DNA of 64,000 nucleotides from Candidatus Helarchaeota archaeon. Its GTDB lineage: Archaea > Asgardarchaeota > Lokiarchaeia > Helarchaeales > RDOG01. Position 1 is the stretch's first letter; each line of letters starts with the position of its first letter. The stretch is taken from NCBI GenBank assembly GCA_019058315.1, contig JAHPZH010000003.1, positions 652,451 to 716,450 on the forward strand. The letters run 5' to 3'. Positions 9,601 to 19,800 of this stretch are shown one piece after another. Both the position numbers and the translations under genes were made by a program. A model generated the notes under the pieces. The model was not told the origin of the DNA. It searched no databases and saw only the letters and a list, made by a program, of their open reading frames with translations.

Positions 9601-10177
9601 AGCAAATCAAAGATACCAAGATTTAAAATCCCGACACGAAGAACTTCAAGAAGAAAGAAAAATTATAGTTGATTTTATCAATAAAATAGAATATGAAAAA
9701 GAAAATGTATTCATGAAAATTTTTAACGAAATTAATAAAGAATTCGGTAAAATCTTCAAAATGATCGCTGGAGGTAATGCTTGGATGGAGTTGGAAAATG
9801 AGGAGAACCCATTTGAAGGTGGAATCACTATTAATGCCGAACCGCATGGTAAAAAAGTAAAATCTGTAAGAGCTATGTCAGGAGGCGAAAAATCATTAAC
9901 TGCATTATCTCTAATTTTTGCAATGCAAAAAGTCGAGCCTTCACCATTCTATATTTTAGATGAGATCGATGCTGCATTAGATGTCATGAATGTGAGACGT
10001 GTAGCAAAAGTAATTGAGAAGATGAGTAAAGAATCTCAATGTATCCTCATTACTCACAGAGATATTGCCATGAGATACGCCAATTTACTTTATGGTGTTA
10101 CAAATATAAAAGGGATCTCAAAAGTGGTTTCTGTTGAATTGTCTGATGAAAGCACACTTCGTGAATTAAGCTCTTAA
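6608..10177 (+). CDS. smc: chromosome segregation protein SMC
   Basis: GFKSY, Walker A GPNGSGKSN, Q-loop LVLQG, coiled coils, hinge GEKISREGIISGG, signature MSGGEKS, Walker B YILDEIDAALD. Confidence 0.97.
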   Translation: MEKMTFIKRIDMTGFKSYGRGTISLGFGPGFTGIIGPNGSGKSNIVDAISYTLGELSSKSMRAKDLRDLIYSGTGGDNPADFASVNIVFDNSDKKIPVPFDEVMVQRDIKRKGGGSVYRFNGKRSTRTEIMDKLKIANIDVKEGFNLVLQGRIAELAAMNPDERRELIEDLAGTNEFDEKKIASISELEKAEIKLSELELLINETETNVKRLDKEKKDVEEWELVVEQIFDNKTQLLSFRHGNLVEELKGFQTKSDELLKEIKEVEEEKNKKIKILDEVNKSIEDVKNKINKKQTDLENVQADISNLKSTITGLKRDVTHREKRIKEMEQEQEDTKSRIQNIKKNQDKLGSEVTDIESKLGVLGKKRDEERAEQERLNKLIQKSQTQFETLQTRATEIQKQIEMKTKKLNNLEIQKSMKLSGAEIKQNTYDSRKRELESRKRTYNQNLESLKALELEIVQSKELLQVASHRVDSSDSKRSTYEERLEQLYDLKSKLEKNTSSLEAKIDTIQSFQGGDTNPVIKKIMGKKEKNEIVGIIGRFGDLINLDELDPNDKAALIPYLNTIIVDSTLTAAEAIQILKDEQIGYGSFIPLEELGEIIIGQNLPFKFLEDLDRKMKATAFIFNDTVVTENLHSAIDLFIKNIEEKKYGTQILTLQGEKISREGIISGGASLEFAETQILDLKKKLEEQQGEVGKISEEQIITKQKLAKLNDLLAEVKRKQENVKQNIKNKQEKMDSITKLIEEDKFHINRIEQELESLKLNIEAINTLSANIEREKSETETSVAVLKEDKKVIDDEIEKTEMTKLLDSVRKVEKELSKLEIDYSKNEAIKSEKLQQINDILDKNIKEKESQVQNLIKEIEQARKDIEKFNSEKNQAEKDLTAKTKGEEDFKKEIQELQDSISTKLNEIEAKRNENTALNRRIERLREQVGEIKVNQERVKTELSNVQKQIEEEEIELIQLKKEVDEKKLESKIRELLDRKRQLEPVNALAIKQFHEANQRYQDLKSRHEELQEERKIIVDFINKIEYEKENVFMKIFNEINKEFGKIFKMIAGGNAWMELENEENPFEGGITINAEPHGKKVKSVRAMSGGEKSLTALSLIFAMQKVEPSPFYILDEIDAALDVMNVRRVAKVIEKMSKESQCILITHRDIAMRYANLLYGVTNIKGISKVVSVELSDESTLRELSS

Positions 10178-10215
10178 CAGTCATAAAATATTTTTAATAT
10201 TCTATTTTTCAAATT

Positions 10216-11271
10216 TTAAATTTCATTTTCTCCAATTTTTTTAACTACTTGTGCCGGAACACCATATGCAATACAGTATGGAGGTATATCATCAACAACC
10301 ACTGAGCCTGCGCCTATAATCGACCCTTCTCCTATAGTAACGCCAGGTAAGATTGTCGAATACGCCCCAACTCGCGCATTTTTTTCTAGTTTTATTGGAC
10401 CTATACAAATTGTCAAGGGATCTTGATTCATAAAATTATGTGTTAATAACTGACAACCTATACCCACACCAGAACCTTCCTCAAATTCTATTAAATCAGG
10501 AAATAATGGGTCTATACGAGTCCATTGGCTAATACATACATTTTTTGCTATTTTTAATTTCGCTATCCTACGATAAATTCGATTTTTAGTTCTAGGCCAT
10601 GAAGTAAAATTCCTAATTATTTGTGTAACAAAACTTAGAATCCCACTCTTTAAATAGAGAGCTATTGAAACATCAGGATTTTTTCTGAGTTTATGAAAAG
10701 CCTCTTGTATTTTTAATATTGCAACTGCATCATAAACATATGAAATTGTAGAATCATTTTTTTGAAGGTGAATGTATGTTAATTTTCCCTTTTCTTCAAC
10801 CGTATATGTTAATTTATGATAATCCTTTCTTTGTCTCCATATATCTTCAAAAAAAGTTGAAATATCAAACCATTTCTCCAAGATTAATGATAGTATTGGC
10901 AAAAATGCAAAAAGCATAGTTGCAAGTAAAATTAATTTAATTTCTATTAAAAGCAATTCGTAGAATATAACAGTTAAAATAGTATATAATACCAAACCAA
11001 TTAAACTCGAAATTATCATTAATGCTCCAAATAGAGTTATCAGCATTCCTTTAACACGATTACGTTTAATATAAGAATATCCCCCACCGTAAATGAATCC
11101 TCCAATACAAAAATCGGCTACTATCCCAACATATACCCAAATTATCCACTCATTGAATATTTTATAGAGAATGGGTTCTAATACTTGAAAAATTTCCGCA
11201 TGAAAAATAAATATGATAAAGAGTCCTGTCAGAATTATGATTAAAATGCCAATTTTTTTTAGAATTCCCAT
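10216..11271 (-). CDS. membrane-anchored hexapeptide-repeat (LbH) acyltransferase
   Basis: N-terminal TM helices; VGAYSTILPGVTIGEGSIIGAGSVVVDDIPP...GVPA. Confidence 0.85.
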   Translation of the reverse strand: MGILKKIGILIIILTGLFIIFIFHAEIFQVLEPILYKIFNEWIIWVYVGIVADFCIGGFIYGGGYSYIKRNRVKGMLITLFGALMIISSLIGLVLYTILTVIFYELLLIEIKLILLATMLFAFLPILSLILEKWFDISTFFEDIWRQRKDYHKLTYTVEEKGKLTYIHLQKNDSTISYVYDAVAILKIQEAFHKLRKNPDVSIALYLKSGILSFVTQIIRNFTSWPRTKNRIYRRIAKLKIAKNVCISQWTRIDPLFPDLIEFEEGSGVGIGCQLLTHNFMNQDPLTICIGPIKLEKNARVGAYSTILPGVTIGEGSIIGAGSVVVDDIPPYCIAYGVPAQVVKKIGENEI

Positions 11272-11421
11272 CTCTAATTCACACTATTTTTAATTTTATT
11301 TTATAAAGATAAGAATCACGACTTCAAATTTTATTATATTAAAAAGGATAAATTAAATAAGCTATTCTTAGTTTTCATTATAAAGCTTTGTCTAGTATTA
11401 AAACATGGAAATGATCTATAA

Positions 11422-12012
11422 ATGAGTCAAGTTGAGCAAAAAAAACGACTATCCCCGACCCAATATAGATTAATAGGATATATTCCGATTATTATTTGTT
11501 TTCCCTTGACCTTTATAATATTTCAGCCTTCTATTATTGAAATTATTGCAGCATCTATAGCTGGATTATTTACTGCTGTTTATGATTGGAGCATTGAAGC
11601 ATATGCCTACAAAAAAGACCTTTGGTTTTGTTATGGGGGTTGTCAGAAAATCGAGATTGGAAGTAAAACAATTGATTTTAAGCATGTTCCAATAGATATG
11701 ATAATCAGTTTTTGGTTTTTTGGTTTTATGTTTAGTATATTATCAACTTTTCCAGATAGAAATAGAGTAATGTATAAAATAATTACAGATCCTGCTTTAA
11801 CAAACCCAGCCCTTGATCCGGTTTGGATTATTGCACTTTGTTTTATTTTGGCAACATTTGGAGCAATTTTTGACTATAGACATATTGGTTGTGGGGTTTG
11901 GAAACCTGGGGAAAACTGGAGTTTCCCAAAATGTGCGTATATTGCTTGGTTATCCTTAATTGCTTTTACTACTATTTTATTTTATGGATTATTAGGTATT
12001 TTCATGTTATAA
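11422..12012 (+). CDS. hypothetical integral membrane protein
   Basis: 196-aa ORF with about 5 hydrophobic segments. Confidence 0.7.
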   Translation: MSQVEQKKRLSPTQYRLIGYIPIIICFPLTFIIFQPSIIEIIAASIAGLFTAVYDWSIEAYAYKKDLWFCYGGCQKIEIGSKTIDFKHVPIDMIISFWFFGFMFSILSTFPDRNRVMYKIITDPALTNPALDPVWIIALCFILATFGAIFDYRHIGCGVWKPGENWSFPKCAYIAWLSLIAFTTILFYGLLGIFML

Positions 12013-12047
12013 TTTAATATTAAGATAAAAAAAAGGAAGCTTAGAGT

Positions 12048-12368
12048 TTAATCTTCTTCTTCTTCTTCTGGTATTGCTTCTGAAGCTTCTGTTTTAATCT
12101 CAACAATTTTTTTTGTATCTGGGCTAATGATAACTACCAATTTTTCTTTTCCTATGTCTTCAAGCTCAACTAGCCATAAATTTTTAGGGGGAGGTGAGCC
12201 AACATTTGCCTTTGGATTCTTTTTTATCCATGCTTCAGATTCTTTCGGTTTCATTTTTGTAACCATGACTGTGCAGTCAGGACGTTTCTCTTCAAACTCA
12301 TTTACTTTATCATTTTCATATGCTATTTCAATCGCTGCTTCATCATCAAATTTTGCCATATCATTCAC
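12048..12368 (-). CDS. hypothetical protein
   Basis: 106-aa ORF, normal composition, acidic tail; AGGTGA RBS-like sequence upstream of the MAKF start. Confidence 0.7.
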   Translation of the reverse strand: MNDMAKFDDEAAIEIAYENDKVNEFEEKRPDCTVMVTKMKPKESEAWIKKNPKANVGSPPPKNLWLVELEDIGKEKLVVIISPDTKKIVEIKTEASEAIPEEEEED

Positions 12369-12597
12369 CTAATTATATTTTTGAATTTTAATTTTCAAAT
12401 ATATTTTTTTAAAAAATATAATTTTTAATTTTAAATAATTCTCTTAATTTTTGAAAACTCATTATTCCTAATTACATATAATACAAAAAGTAATATGGTC
12501 TAAAAAAATAGAAAATTTTTTTAATTTTGTAAAAAAGAATAGGAAATAATTAATTAAAATTGAGAATAAGTATTAATTTAAAAAATACATCCCAGTC

Positions 12598-13155
12598 TTA
12601 TAAACTTTTTAAAGTTTGATTTAATTTATCCTCAGAAAAAATGCTAGTTTTAAAAATTTTTACAGAGAATTTTAGAGATTCAAATTTCTTATTAATCTTC
12701 TCATATAATTCCTGAAATAACTCTTTAAAAATTTTTGAATTTTGTAATTCTGGATCAGATTTATGTAAAAATACAACGAATTTGGGCACTAATTTCTGCA
12801 GTTTTATAACAGAGATTATATCTGAAAAATAACGTATAGCTTCTTCGTATCTATCGGGATCTTGAATATCAATAACATATATTACTGTGTCTACATAACT
12901 AAAGTAATAATCTTTTCGTTTAAAATATTCATCACGAAAGGTAACTTGACCACCGAAATCCCAAACAATGATTTTTTCACTATTTATCTCTAATTCCTCA
13001 ATATTAAGCCCTTTAGTAGGTTTTAAAGTTATAGTCGATTCTGGAGATAATTGTTTTTTTACTATCCTTAATATTGAGGTTTTTCCAGCGTTGTCAAGAC
13101 CTAATAGTATAATTTTTTTGTTAATTTCAGCAGCAGTGTCGTTCATATTGATCAT
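12598..13155 (-). CDS. Arf/Rag-like small GTPase
   Basis: GLDNAGKTS, PTKG, WDFGGQ, HKSD, TSIF. Confidence 0.92.
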   Translation of the reverse strand: MINMNDTAAEINKKIILLGLDNAGKTSILRIVKKQLSPESTITLKPTKGLNIEELEINSEKIIVWDFGGQVTFRDEYFKRKDYYFSYVDTVIYVIDIQDPDRYEEAIRYFSDIISVIKLQKLVPKFVVFLHKSDPELQNSKIFKELFQELYEKINKKFESLKFSVKIFKTSIFSEDKLNQTLKSL

Positions 13156-13385
13156 GCCTACTGAACAATTTTAGGACAATTTATTATCTTTTTCATCCTT
13201 ATGCAATAACTAAGTATCATACTTTAATTCCACAGATGATAGAGATTGCGAATGAGATTAAACCAAAAAAGCTTGTCCTTACACATTTAGTACCCACTAT
13301 TGCTTCACCAAAATATCTTGTAAGAAAAATTAAGGAAGGTTATGATGGGGAAGTAATCTGTGCTAACGATCTGGATTCTTTTTAA
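13152..13385 (+). pseudogene. 3' remnant of an RNase Z-like metallo-beta-lactamase-fold gene
   Basis: Open frame reads ...KYHTLIPQMIEIANEIKPKKLVLTHLVP...YDGEVICANDLDSF*, the typical MBL/RNase Z C-terminus; no N-terminal HxHxDH; in-frame TGA at 13149. Confidence 0.6.
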
Positions 13386-13388
13386 TTT

Positions 13389-13781
13389 TTAAATACAAAG
13401 ATTTGCAATACAATTATCAAAATTTGATAACTCAGGAATTAGACCTTTTTTTTCAAATGTATAACGTTGATTATTTGAAAACTCATTCAGAAATTCATTC
13501 ATTATTTGTTTAAAATTAGGCAACAGATAGCTTGAAGTATCGTTTTTATCACTTAGAAAAACGAAAATTAATTTATTTTTACGTATAAAATGAAATTTTA
13601 ATGTTTCCGTACAAATATAAGAAATATTTTCACCTATTGAAGTCTTACAAAAACGATCCATTGCGGCAATAAATCCTGAAACGAGTTGTTCATTAGGTGG
13701 AATATTTTTCACTGATTTATTGTATAAACATATACCCGTATTGTATATTACAAAAATTCCTTTGATCATTGAAATCTCCAA
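13389..13781 (-). CDS. stand-alone longin-like domain protein
   Basis: IFVIYNTGICLY...QLVSGFIAAMDRF...FVFLSD pattern. Confidence 0.75.
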   Translation of the reverse strand: MEISMIKGIFVIYNTGICLYNKSVKNIPPNEQLVSGFIAAMDRFCKTSIGENISYICTETLKFHFIRKNKLIFVFLSDKNDTSSYLLPNFKQIMNEFLNEFSNNQRYTFEKKGLIPELSNFDNCIANLCI

Positions 13782-14012
13782 AATTTATTAAGGTAAAGAA
13801 TAATTTCAAAATTTATTTTTAAACCCATCAATTTAAGAATGCGTAAATAAATGCGAGTTTATTATTCAGCGTTAATTTTGTATTTTGGAGAATTATATTG
13901 AATTTTTCTCATAGAAATTTGTTCATATAATTCAATATTCTTAAAAATTCTTAATTTTATCTAGAAAAGGAAATAGTCTATCGAAAAAAATGAAAAAAAA
14001 GATACCTCATTT

Positions 14013-14038
14013 TTTTTGCGCATCATAATGCGCAAAAA
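14013..14038 (-). terminator. 11-bp hairpin just downstream of GTPase gene
   Basis: tttttgcgcat-cata-atgcgcaaaaa perfect inverted repeat 13 nt after the stop at 14052; T-tracts follow on the minus strand. Confidence 0.5.
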
Positions 14039-14051
14039 TTCTAGAAAAATA

Positions 14052-14603
14052 TTATAATATCTGAAATTTCTGAAAAATGGTGTAAACAGAAGTTTTGAAA
14101 AACTTTATTGGAATATTCAAAGGTCTAAAGATAGTTTTAATTTTCCCAGTTAGTTGATCGAATAATTTTTCATATTTTTCTGAAGAAAGTAATTCAGGAT
14201 CGAACTTATGAGCGAAAATGATAAATTGTGGAAGAGGTTTTTGTAATTTTACTACCCCACTAATGTTTAATAAATATGTAATAGATTCATCATAACGATC
14301 TGGGTCTTGAATATCAATAACATAAATTAGTTTATTGATATTGCTAAAATAATAATCTTTCCGACGAAAATATTCTTCACGAAATGCTAATTGCCCTCCG
14401 AAATCCCAAACCATAAATTTTGTTCCATCAGATGCAGTAAATTCTTCTATATTTGCCCCTGTTGTTGGTTTCACATTTGCAAACAATTGAGGGGTTAATT
14501 CTTGTTTTAAAGTTTTTAAAATAGTAGTTTTTCCTGCATTATCAAGCCCTATAATAACCATTTTTTGTGTTGGATTAACCGAATCTTCACTCAATAGTTT
14601 CAA
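14052..14603 (-). CDS. Arf/Rag-like small GTPase (paralogue of 12598..13155)
   Basis: GLDNAGKTT, PTTG, WDFGGQ, HKFD, TSVY; shares RKDYYFS and YVIDIQDPDRY with its paralogue. Confidence 0.92.
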   Translation of the reverse strand: MKLLSEDSVNPTQKMVIIGLDNAGKTTILKTLKQELTPQLFANVKPTTGANIEEFTASDGTKFMVWDFGGQLAFREEYFRRKDYYFSNINKLIYVIDIQDPDRYDESITYLLNISGVVKLQKPLPQFIIFAHKFDPELLSSEKYEKLFDQLTGKIKTIFRPLNIPIKFFKTSVYTIFQKFQIL

Positions 14604-14803
14604 CCAATCCCGTTTTTTAAAGAAGGGTAATATAAATGAATTTGTTAAATGAAATAAAATTCTCTTTTCAACCTTTTATTTCTTAGGTAAATTCAATTTT
14701 AATCAGAAATTAAAAAAAATTTAAAATCTATTTATCTTAACTTAAATCGAATAAATTAATGTAAATTTCAATTTGTTCAATAAATATTATAGGTATTGTA
14801 GAA

Positions 14804-15475
14804 ATGAAGATTATTTTTGATCAATTAGTGAAAAGAAGATTCCCAGATTTACATATTGGGCTTGGATTTATTTCTGGTCTTATAAATAAGCAAAAAGATG
14901 TATTTGAGGAAAAAAAAGTATCAATTTATAGTAAATTGAAGAAAAAATATACTTTGGAAACACTAAAGGATTTAGAGATTGTGAGAGCTTATAGGGATTT
15001 TTTTTGGACATTAGGTATAGATCCGACCAAAAATAGACCTTCTGCAGAAGCCTTAATTCGCCGAGTTTTAAAAGGCAAGTCTATTCCAAGAATAAATTGT
15101 GTAGTTGATGCTTATAATCTTGCATCTATGGAGAGCGGAATTTCATTAGCAGCTTTTGATTCTGATCTTCTTATAGGAGATCTAAAAATGCGTTTCGCCA
15201 AAGCGGGTGAAATATTTCTGGGTATTGGGATGAAAGAAGCTAAAATTCTTAAAGGAAAAGAATTAATCATTAATGATCAGGATCAAATAATTGCAGTTTA
15301 TCCTTACAGGGATGCAGATAGCACTAAAGTTACTAAAAGCACAAAAAACGTAGTTTTATTGGTTTGTGGAGTTCCAGGTATAACAACAGATATATTGAAA
15401 GAAACTGCTGATCTTGCTATTGAATATATCACTTATTTATGTGGAGGAAAGGGGAGTTATCATATTGTTGAATAA
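14804..15475 (+). CDS. stand-alone B3/B4 (PheRS beta-like) tRNA-editing domain protein
   Basis: AYRDFFWTLGIDPTKNRPSAEALIRRV; INCVVDAYNLAS; YPYRDADSTKVT. Confidence 0.9.
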   Translation: MKIIFDQLVKRRFPDLHIGLGFISGLINKQKDVFEEKKVSIYSKLKKKYTLETLKDLEIVRAYRDFFWTLGIDPTKNRPSAEALIRRVLKGKSIPRINCVVDAYNLASMESGISLAAFDSDLLIGDLKMRFAKAGEIFLGIGMKEAKILKGKELIINDQDQIIAVYPYRDADSTKVTKSTKNVVLLVCGVPGITTDILKETADLAIEYITYLCGGKGSYHIVE

Positions 15476-15669
15476 TAAAAAGGATAAATATAATTTCAAA
15501 TCTTTAATGTGTTAAAATTTGAGTTCAATTTAGTTAAATATACTATTTTTTTTAATTTTTACTTAAAATTTGTTTCCATTTATAATTTAAATCCATATCT
15601 TTTTATATGTCAAAAATTTTTTTAACGAACTCTTAATTGTCATTTAGAAATATAATGTGTTAAGGTGTC

Positions 15670-16878
15670 TTGTACGTGACAACGACTGAGGAATTACCAT
15701 TAACGGAAAAATTATCGAAACTGAAGAAATTTATTTCTTATTGTTTTCAGTGTGGAACTTGTAGCGGAATTTGCACTTTGAGCTATGTTAGACCCACATA
15801 TAGTCCCAGAAATATAATTTATAAATATTTAGTTAATAAAGAAAAAGATTTAGATAATTTAGAACTTGATGAATTTTTAGATTGCCTTACATGCAATTTA
15901 TGTTCAGCAAAATGCCCACAAGAAGTAGATATGGCAGAATTTATTCGTGAAATTCGCACTGAGCTTTATAAGAAAGGGATCTGTGTTGAAGAATCTCATG
16001 AAGGTATTACCTCAACTATTGCAAGGATCCAGACAAATGAAAATGTAAAGCCAAAACTTCCATCAAATTTCTTACCCAAAGGTATAGAAATTCTCGAAAA
16101 AGGAGAAGTTGTATATTTTCCAGGTTGCCTTGCAATTTTTGATAAATTATTTGATGGTTATCAAACAAATTTTAAGGGAATTGCTCAAGATTCAGTTCTT
16201 ATTCTTAATAAATTATTAGATGAGTCTATAGCTGTTGTTCCAGACTTAAAATGCTGTGGTCATGACAATTTCTGGAAGGGTGATTTTGAGACATTTGAAA
16301 AGCTAGCAAAATACAATATAAAAAGATTAAAAGAATCAGGAGCTAAATTGGTAGTATTTTCTTGTGCGGAAGGTTACCGAACATTTAAAAAAGACTATTC
16401 AAGATTTTTTGGCGACCTTCCCTTTGAAGTCAAGCACATTTCAGAAATAATTCAAGAAAAGATTCAAGAGAAGGGGATAAAATTTTCTAATGCTATTAAT
16501 AAGACTATTACTTATCATGATCCCTGTAGATTAGGGAGGTTTATGAATGTTTATGACCAACCAAGGGAAATTTTAACTGGTCAAGGGGAAGAATTTGTTA
16601 AATTTAAAGAAATGGAACGAATTAAAGAAAATGCTCAATGTTGTGGGGTTCCATTATTTGCAAATTGTAATGATTATACAAAAGCATTACGGCTTGATCG
16701 GTTAAAAGAGGCTGAAAAAACAGCGGAATTATTAGTAACCACATGTCCAAAATGTCAGCTTCATTTTAATTGTTTCTTGCGTGAGTTTAAAGAAGGTCCA
16801 AATAAAATTAATCTGGAGGTTGGCGACTTAGTGAATATTGTTGCCAGATTAATGGGTTTAAAAGGTGATAAAAAATGA
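15670..16878 (+). CDS. HdrD-like Fe-S oxidoreductase (2x[4Fe-4S] plus CCG domains)
   Basis: CFQCGTCSGIC, CLTCNLCSAKCP, YFPGC, CCG, YHDPCRLGR, CCG, TCPKC. Confidence 0.9.
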   Translation: MYVTTTEELPLTEKLSKLKKFISYCFQCGTCSGICTLSYVRPTYSPRNIIYKYLVNKEKDLDNLELDEFLDCLTCNLCSAKCPQEVDMAEFIREIRTELYKKGICVEESHEGITSTIARIQTNENVKPKLPSNFLPKGIEILEKGEVVYFPGCLAIFDKLFDGYQTNFKGIAQDSVLILNKLLDESIAVVPDLKCCGHDNFWKGDFETFEKLAKYNIKRLKESGAKLVVFSCAEGYRTFKKDYSRFFGDLPFEVKHISEIIQEKIQEKGIKFSNAINKTITYHDPCRLGRFMNVYDQPREILTGQGEEFVKFKEMERIKENAQCCGVPLFANCNDYTKALRLDRLKEAEKTAELLVTTCPKCQLHFNCFLREFKEGPNKINLEVGDLVNIVARLMGLKGDKK

Positions 16879-19800
16879 GTAGTTTAGAAAAAGTAGGTGC
16901 TGTTTTAGTAATTGGTGGAGGAGTAGCAGGAATACAAGCATCATTAGACTTAGCAGAGATGGGCTTTAAAGTATATTTAGTTGAGAAAAGTCCAAGCATT
17001 GGAGGAAGAATGTCGCAGTTAGATAAAACATTCCCAACAAATGATTGCTCACTTTGTATACTCGCCCCGAAGATGGTTGAGGTTTTTAGACACCAAAATA
17101 TCAATTTGATGACATACTGTGAAGTAATTGGAGTTGAGGGTGAAGCTGGAAATTTTACAGTCTCAATAAATAAAAAAGCCAGGTATGTTGATGAAACTAA
17201 ATGCAAAGGTTGTGGAGATTGTGCTGCGAAATGTCCAATGAGAGGCAAATTTCCAGACGAATTTAATATGGGGCTTGGAAAGAGAGGTGCGATTTATACT
17301 CCATTTCCTCAAGCTGTTCCTCCAGTTTATTTAATTGATAAAGAAAATTGCTTATTTTTTCAAAAAGGTATTTGTAAAGTCTGTCAAAAATTCTGTAAAG
17401 CAAATTGTATAGATTTTGAAATGAAGGATGAAGTACTTAAACTGAAAGTTGGAGCTATAGTTGTCGTCACTGGGTTCGATCAAATAGACCCTTCAATTTT
17501 ACCTCAATATGGTTATCAATTTGAAAATGTCATAACAGGATTAGAATTTGAACGATTAATGTGTGCTTCTGGACCTACTAGAGGGCATATTCAACGTGTT
17601 TCAGATGATAAACATCCTCATAAAATCGCTATGTTATCATGTGTAGGATCTCGGAATGAAAGAGGAGGAGTTCCTTATTGTTCAAGTGTTTGTTGTATGT
17701 ATATAGCTAAAGAATGTATAATTACGAAAGAACATGCTCCAGATATTGATATGTTCGTGTTCAAGAGTGATGTTCGATCTTATGGAAAGGGATTTAATGA
17801 ATTTATTCAAAGAGCACAAAGAGAGTATGGAGTAAAATATATTACAGGAAGAGTAGCATTTGTTGAGGAAGATCCCGAAACTAAAAATCTGATAATTTAT
17901 TATGAAGATATTGAAACTGGCGAATCTAAAGAAATGGAAGTTGATCTAGTTGTATTAGCAGTTGCATTAGTTCCATCTAAGGGCACTGTTGAATTGGCGA
18001 AAGTTTTGGGTGTTGATATAGACATCAATAATTTCTTTGCTGAAAAATCAGAAACTGATCCAGTCGAATCTACTAGACCGGGTATTTATATTTGTGGATA
18101 TGGACAAGCTCCAAAAGACATTCCTGAATCGGTAGCAGATGCAAGTGGTGCAGCAGCCAAAGCTGGAGAATTGTTGTCTTCGGTAAGGGGCACTTTAGCA
18201 AAGAAAAAAGTATTTGAACTTCCCGAAAAAGAAATTGGACCTGATGATGAACCAAGAATTGGAGTCATGGTCTGTCATTGTGGAATTAATATCGGAGGAG
18301 TAGTTAATGTTCCACAAGTCGTCGAATATGTCAAGACGCTTCCTAACGTTATTCATGTAGAAGAAAATTTATATTCTTGTTCTAGCGATTCACAACAAAG
18401 AATTAAAGATTTGATTGCAGAACATAACTTGAATAGATACATAGTAGCATCATGTACACCCCGAACTCATGAACCACTCTTTGCTTTAACTTGCCGAGAA
18501 GGAGGTTTAAACCCTTATTTATTTGAATTAGTTAATATTCGTGACCAATGTTCATGGGTGCACATGAGTGAGCCAGAAGCAGCGACGCAAAAAGCAAAAG
18601 ATCTCCTAAGAATGACCATTTCTAAATCAAGACTTCTAAGACCGCTTCAAAGAGGACAGGTTCAGGTTGTTCAACATGCATTAGTTATAGGAGGAGGAAT
18701 TTCAGGAATGACAGCCGCCCTAAATATTGCTAATGAGGGATATCAAACATACCTTATAACAAATGAAGAGAAATTAGGTGGAATTTTAAATCAAGTCCAT
18801 AAAGTTTTCCCCTCAGAAGAAAAAGCTTCGGATATTTTGGCTCCGTTATTAAAAGAAATTGAAAAGCATGATAAAATCGAAGTCTTTACATCATCTAAAA
18901 TAAAAAATGTTGGCGGTTATGTAGGAAATTTTAAAGCTGAAATAGAAGACATTGATGGTAATATAGCCGAGAGGGAAATGGGAGTAGTTATAGTAGCCAC
19001 AGGAGGCAAAGAATTAAAACCCAAAGGATATCTCAAGTACGGAGAATATGAACAGGTTATAACTCAATTAGAATTGGAGCAAAAATTGAAAGAAGGTTCG
19101 ATTAATAAGGATATTAAAAATGTAGTTATGTTACTATGTGCAAATGCCAGAGAAAATGAAGGTCTTTTTACTTATTGTTCTAAAATATGCTGCTCTGTAG
19201 CTATTAAAAACGCTATGATTCTCAAAGAAATAAATCCTGATATTAATGTAACCATTCTCTATCGTGATATACAAATGGCAGGGAAAGTGGCGGAACAATA
19301 TTATAGAACTTCACGAGAAAAAATAAATTATATCCAATATGATCTTGAAAAACTACCAGAAGTGACCAAAAATTCGGGTAATCACATTAACCTTAAACTT
19401 TATAATGTTTTAAACACTGATCAAATTGAACTTGATTGTGATCTTCTTGTATTAGCAACTCCAATGGTGCCTCAAAGTGGAGTAGAAGAATTGGCTCAAT
19501 TTTTAAAAATCCCCACTATGAAGGATATACCTCCCTTCTTCCTTGAAGCACATGTAAAACTTAGACCTCTTGATTTTGCAACTGAAGGCATATTTTTATG
19601 CGGAGCTGCACAATGGCCTAAACCTCTTCATGAATGCGCATCGCAAGCTCTCGGTGCTGCGGCGAGAGCAAGTCGACTCCTTGCTGCCGGAGTTATAGAA
19701 ACTGAAGGAATCATTTCAGAAATAGATCCTGAGAAATGTATAGCTTGCGGAAGATGTAGAGAAGTATGTGCTTATAATGCAATTGAAGAAGTAATATTTG

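Noticed and set aside
6608-10177. SMC cluster as a Wadjet/MksBEFG or Rad50/SbcC system
   Set aside because: Canonical hinge-type SMC with ScpA/ScpB; no JetD/Toprim nuclease, Mre11 or zinc-hook CxxC
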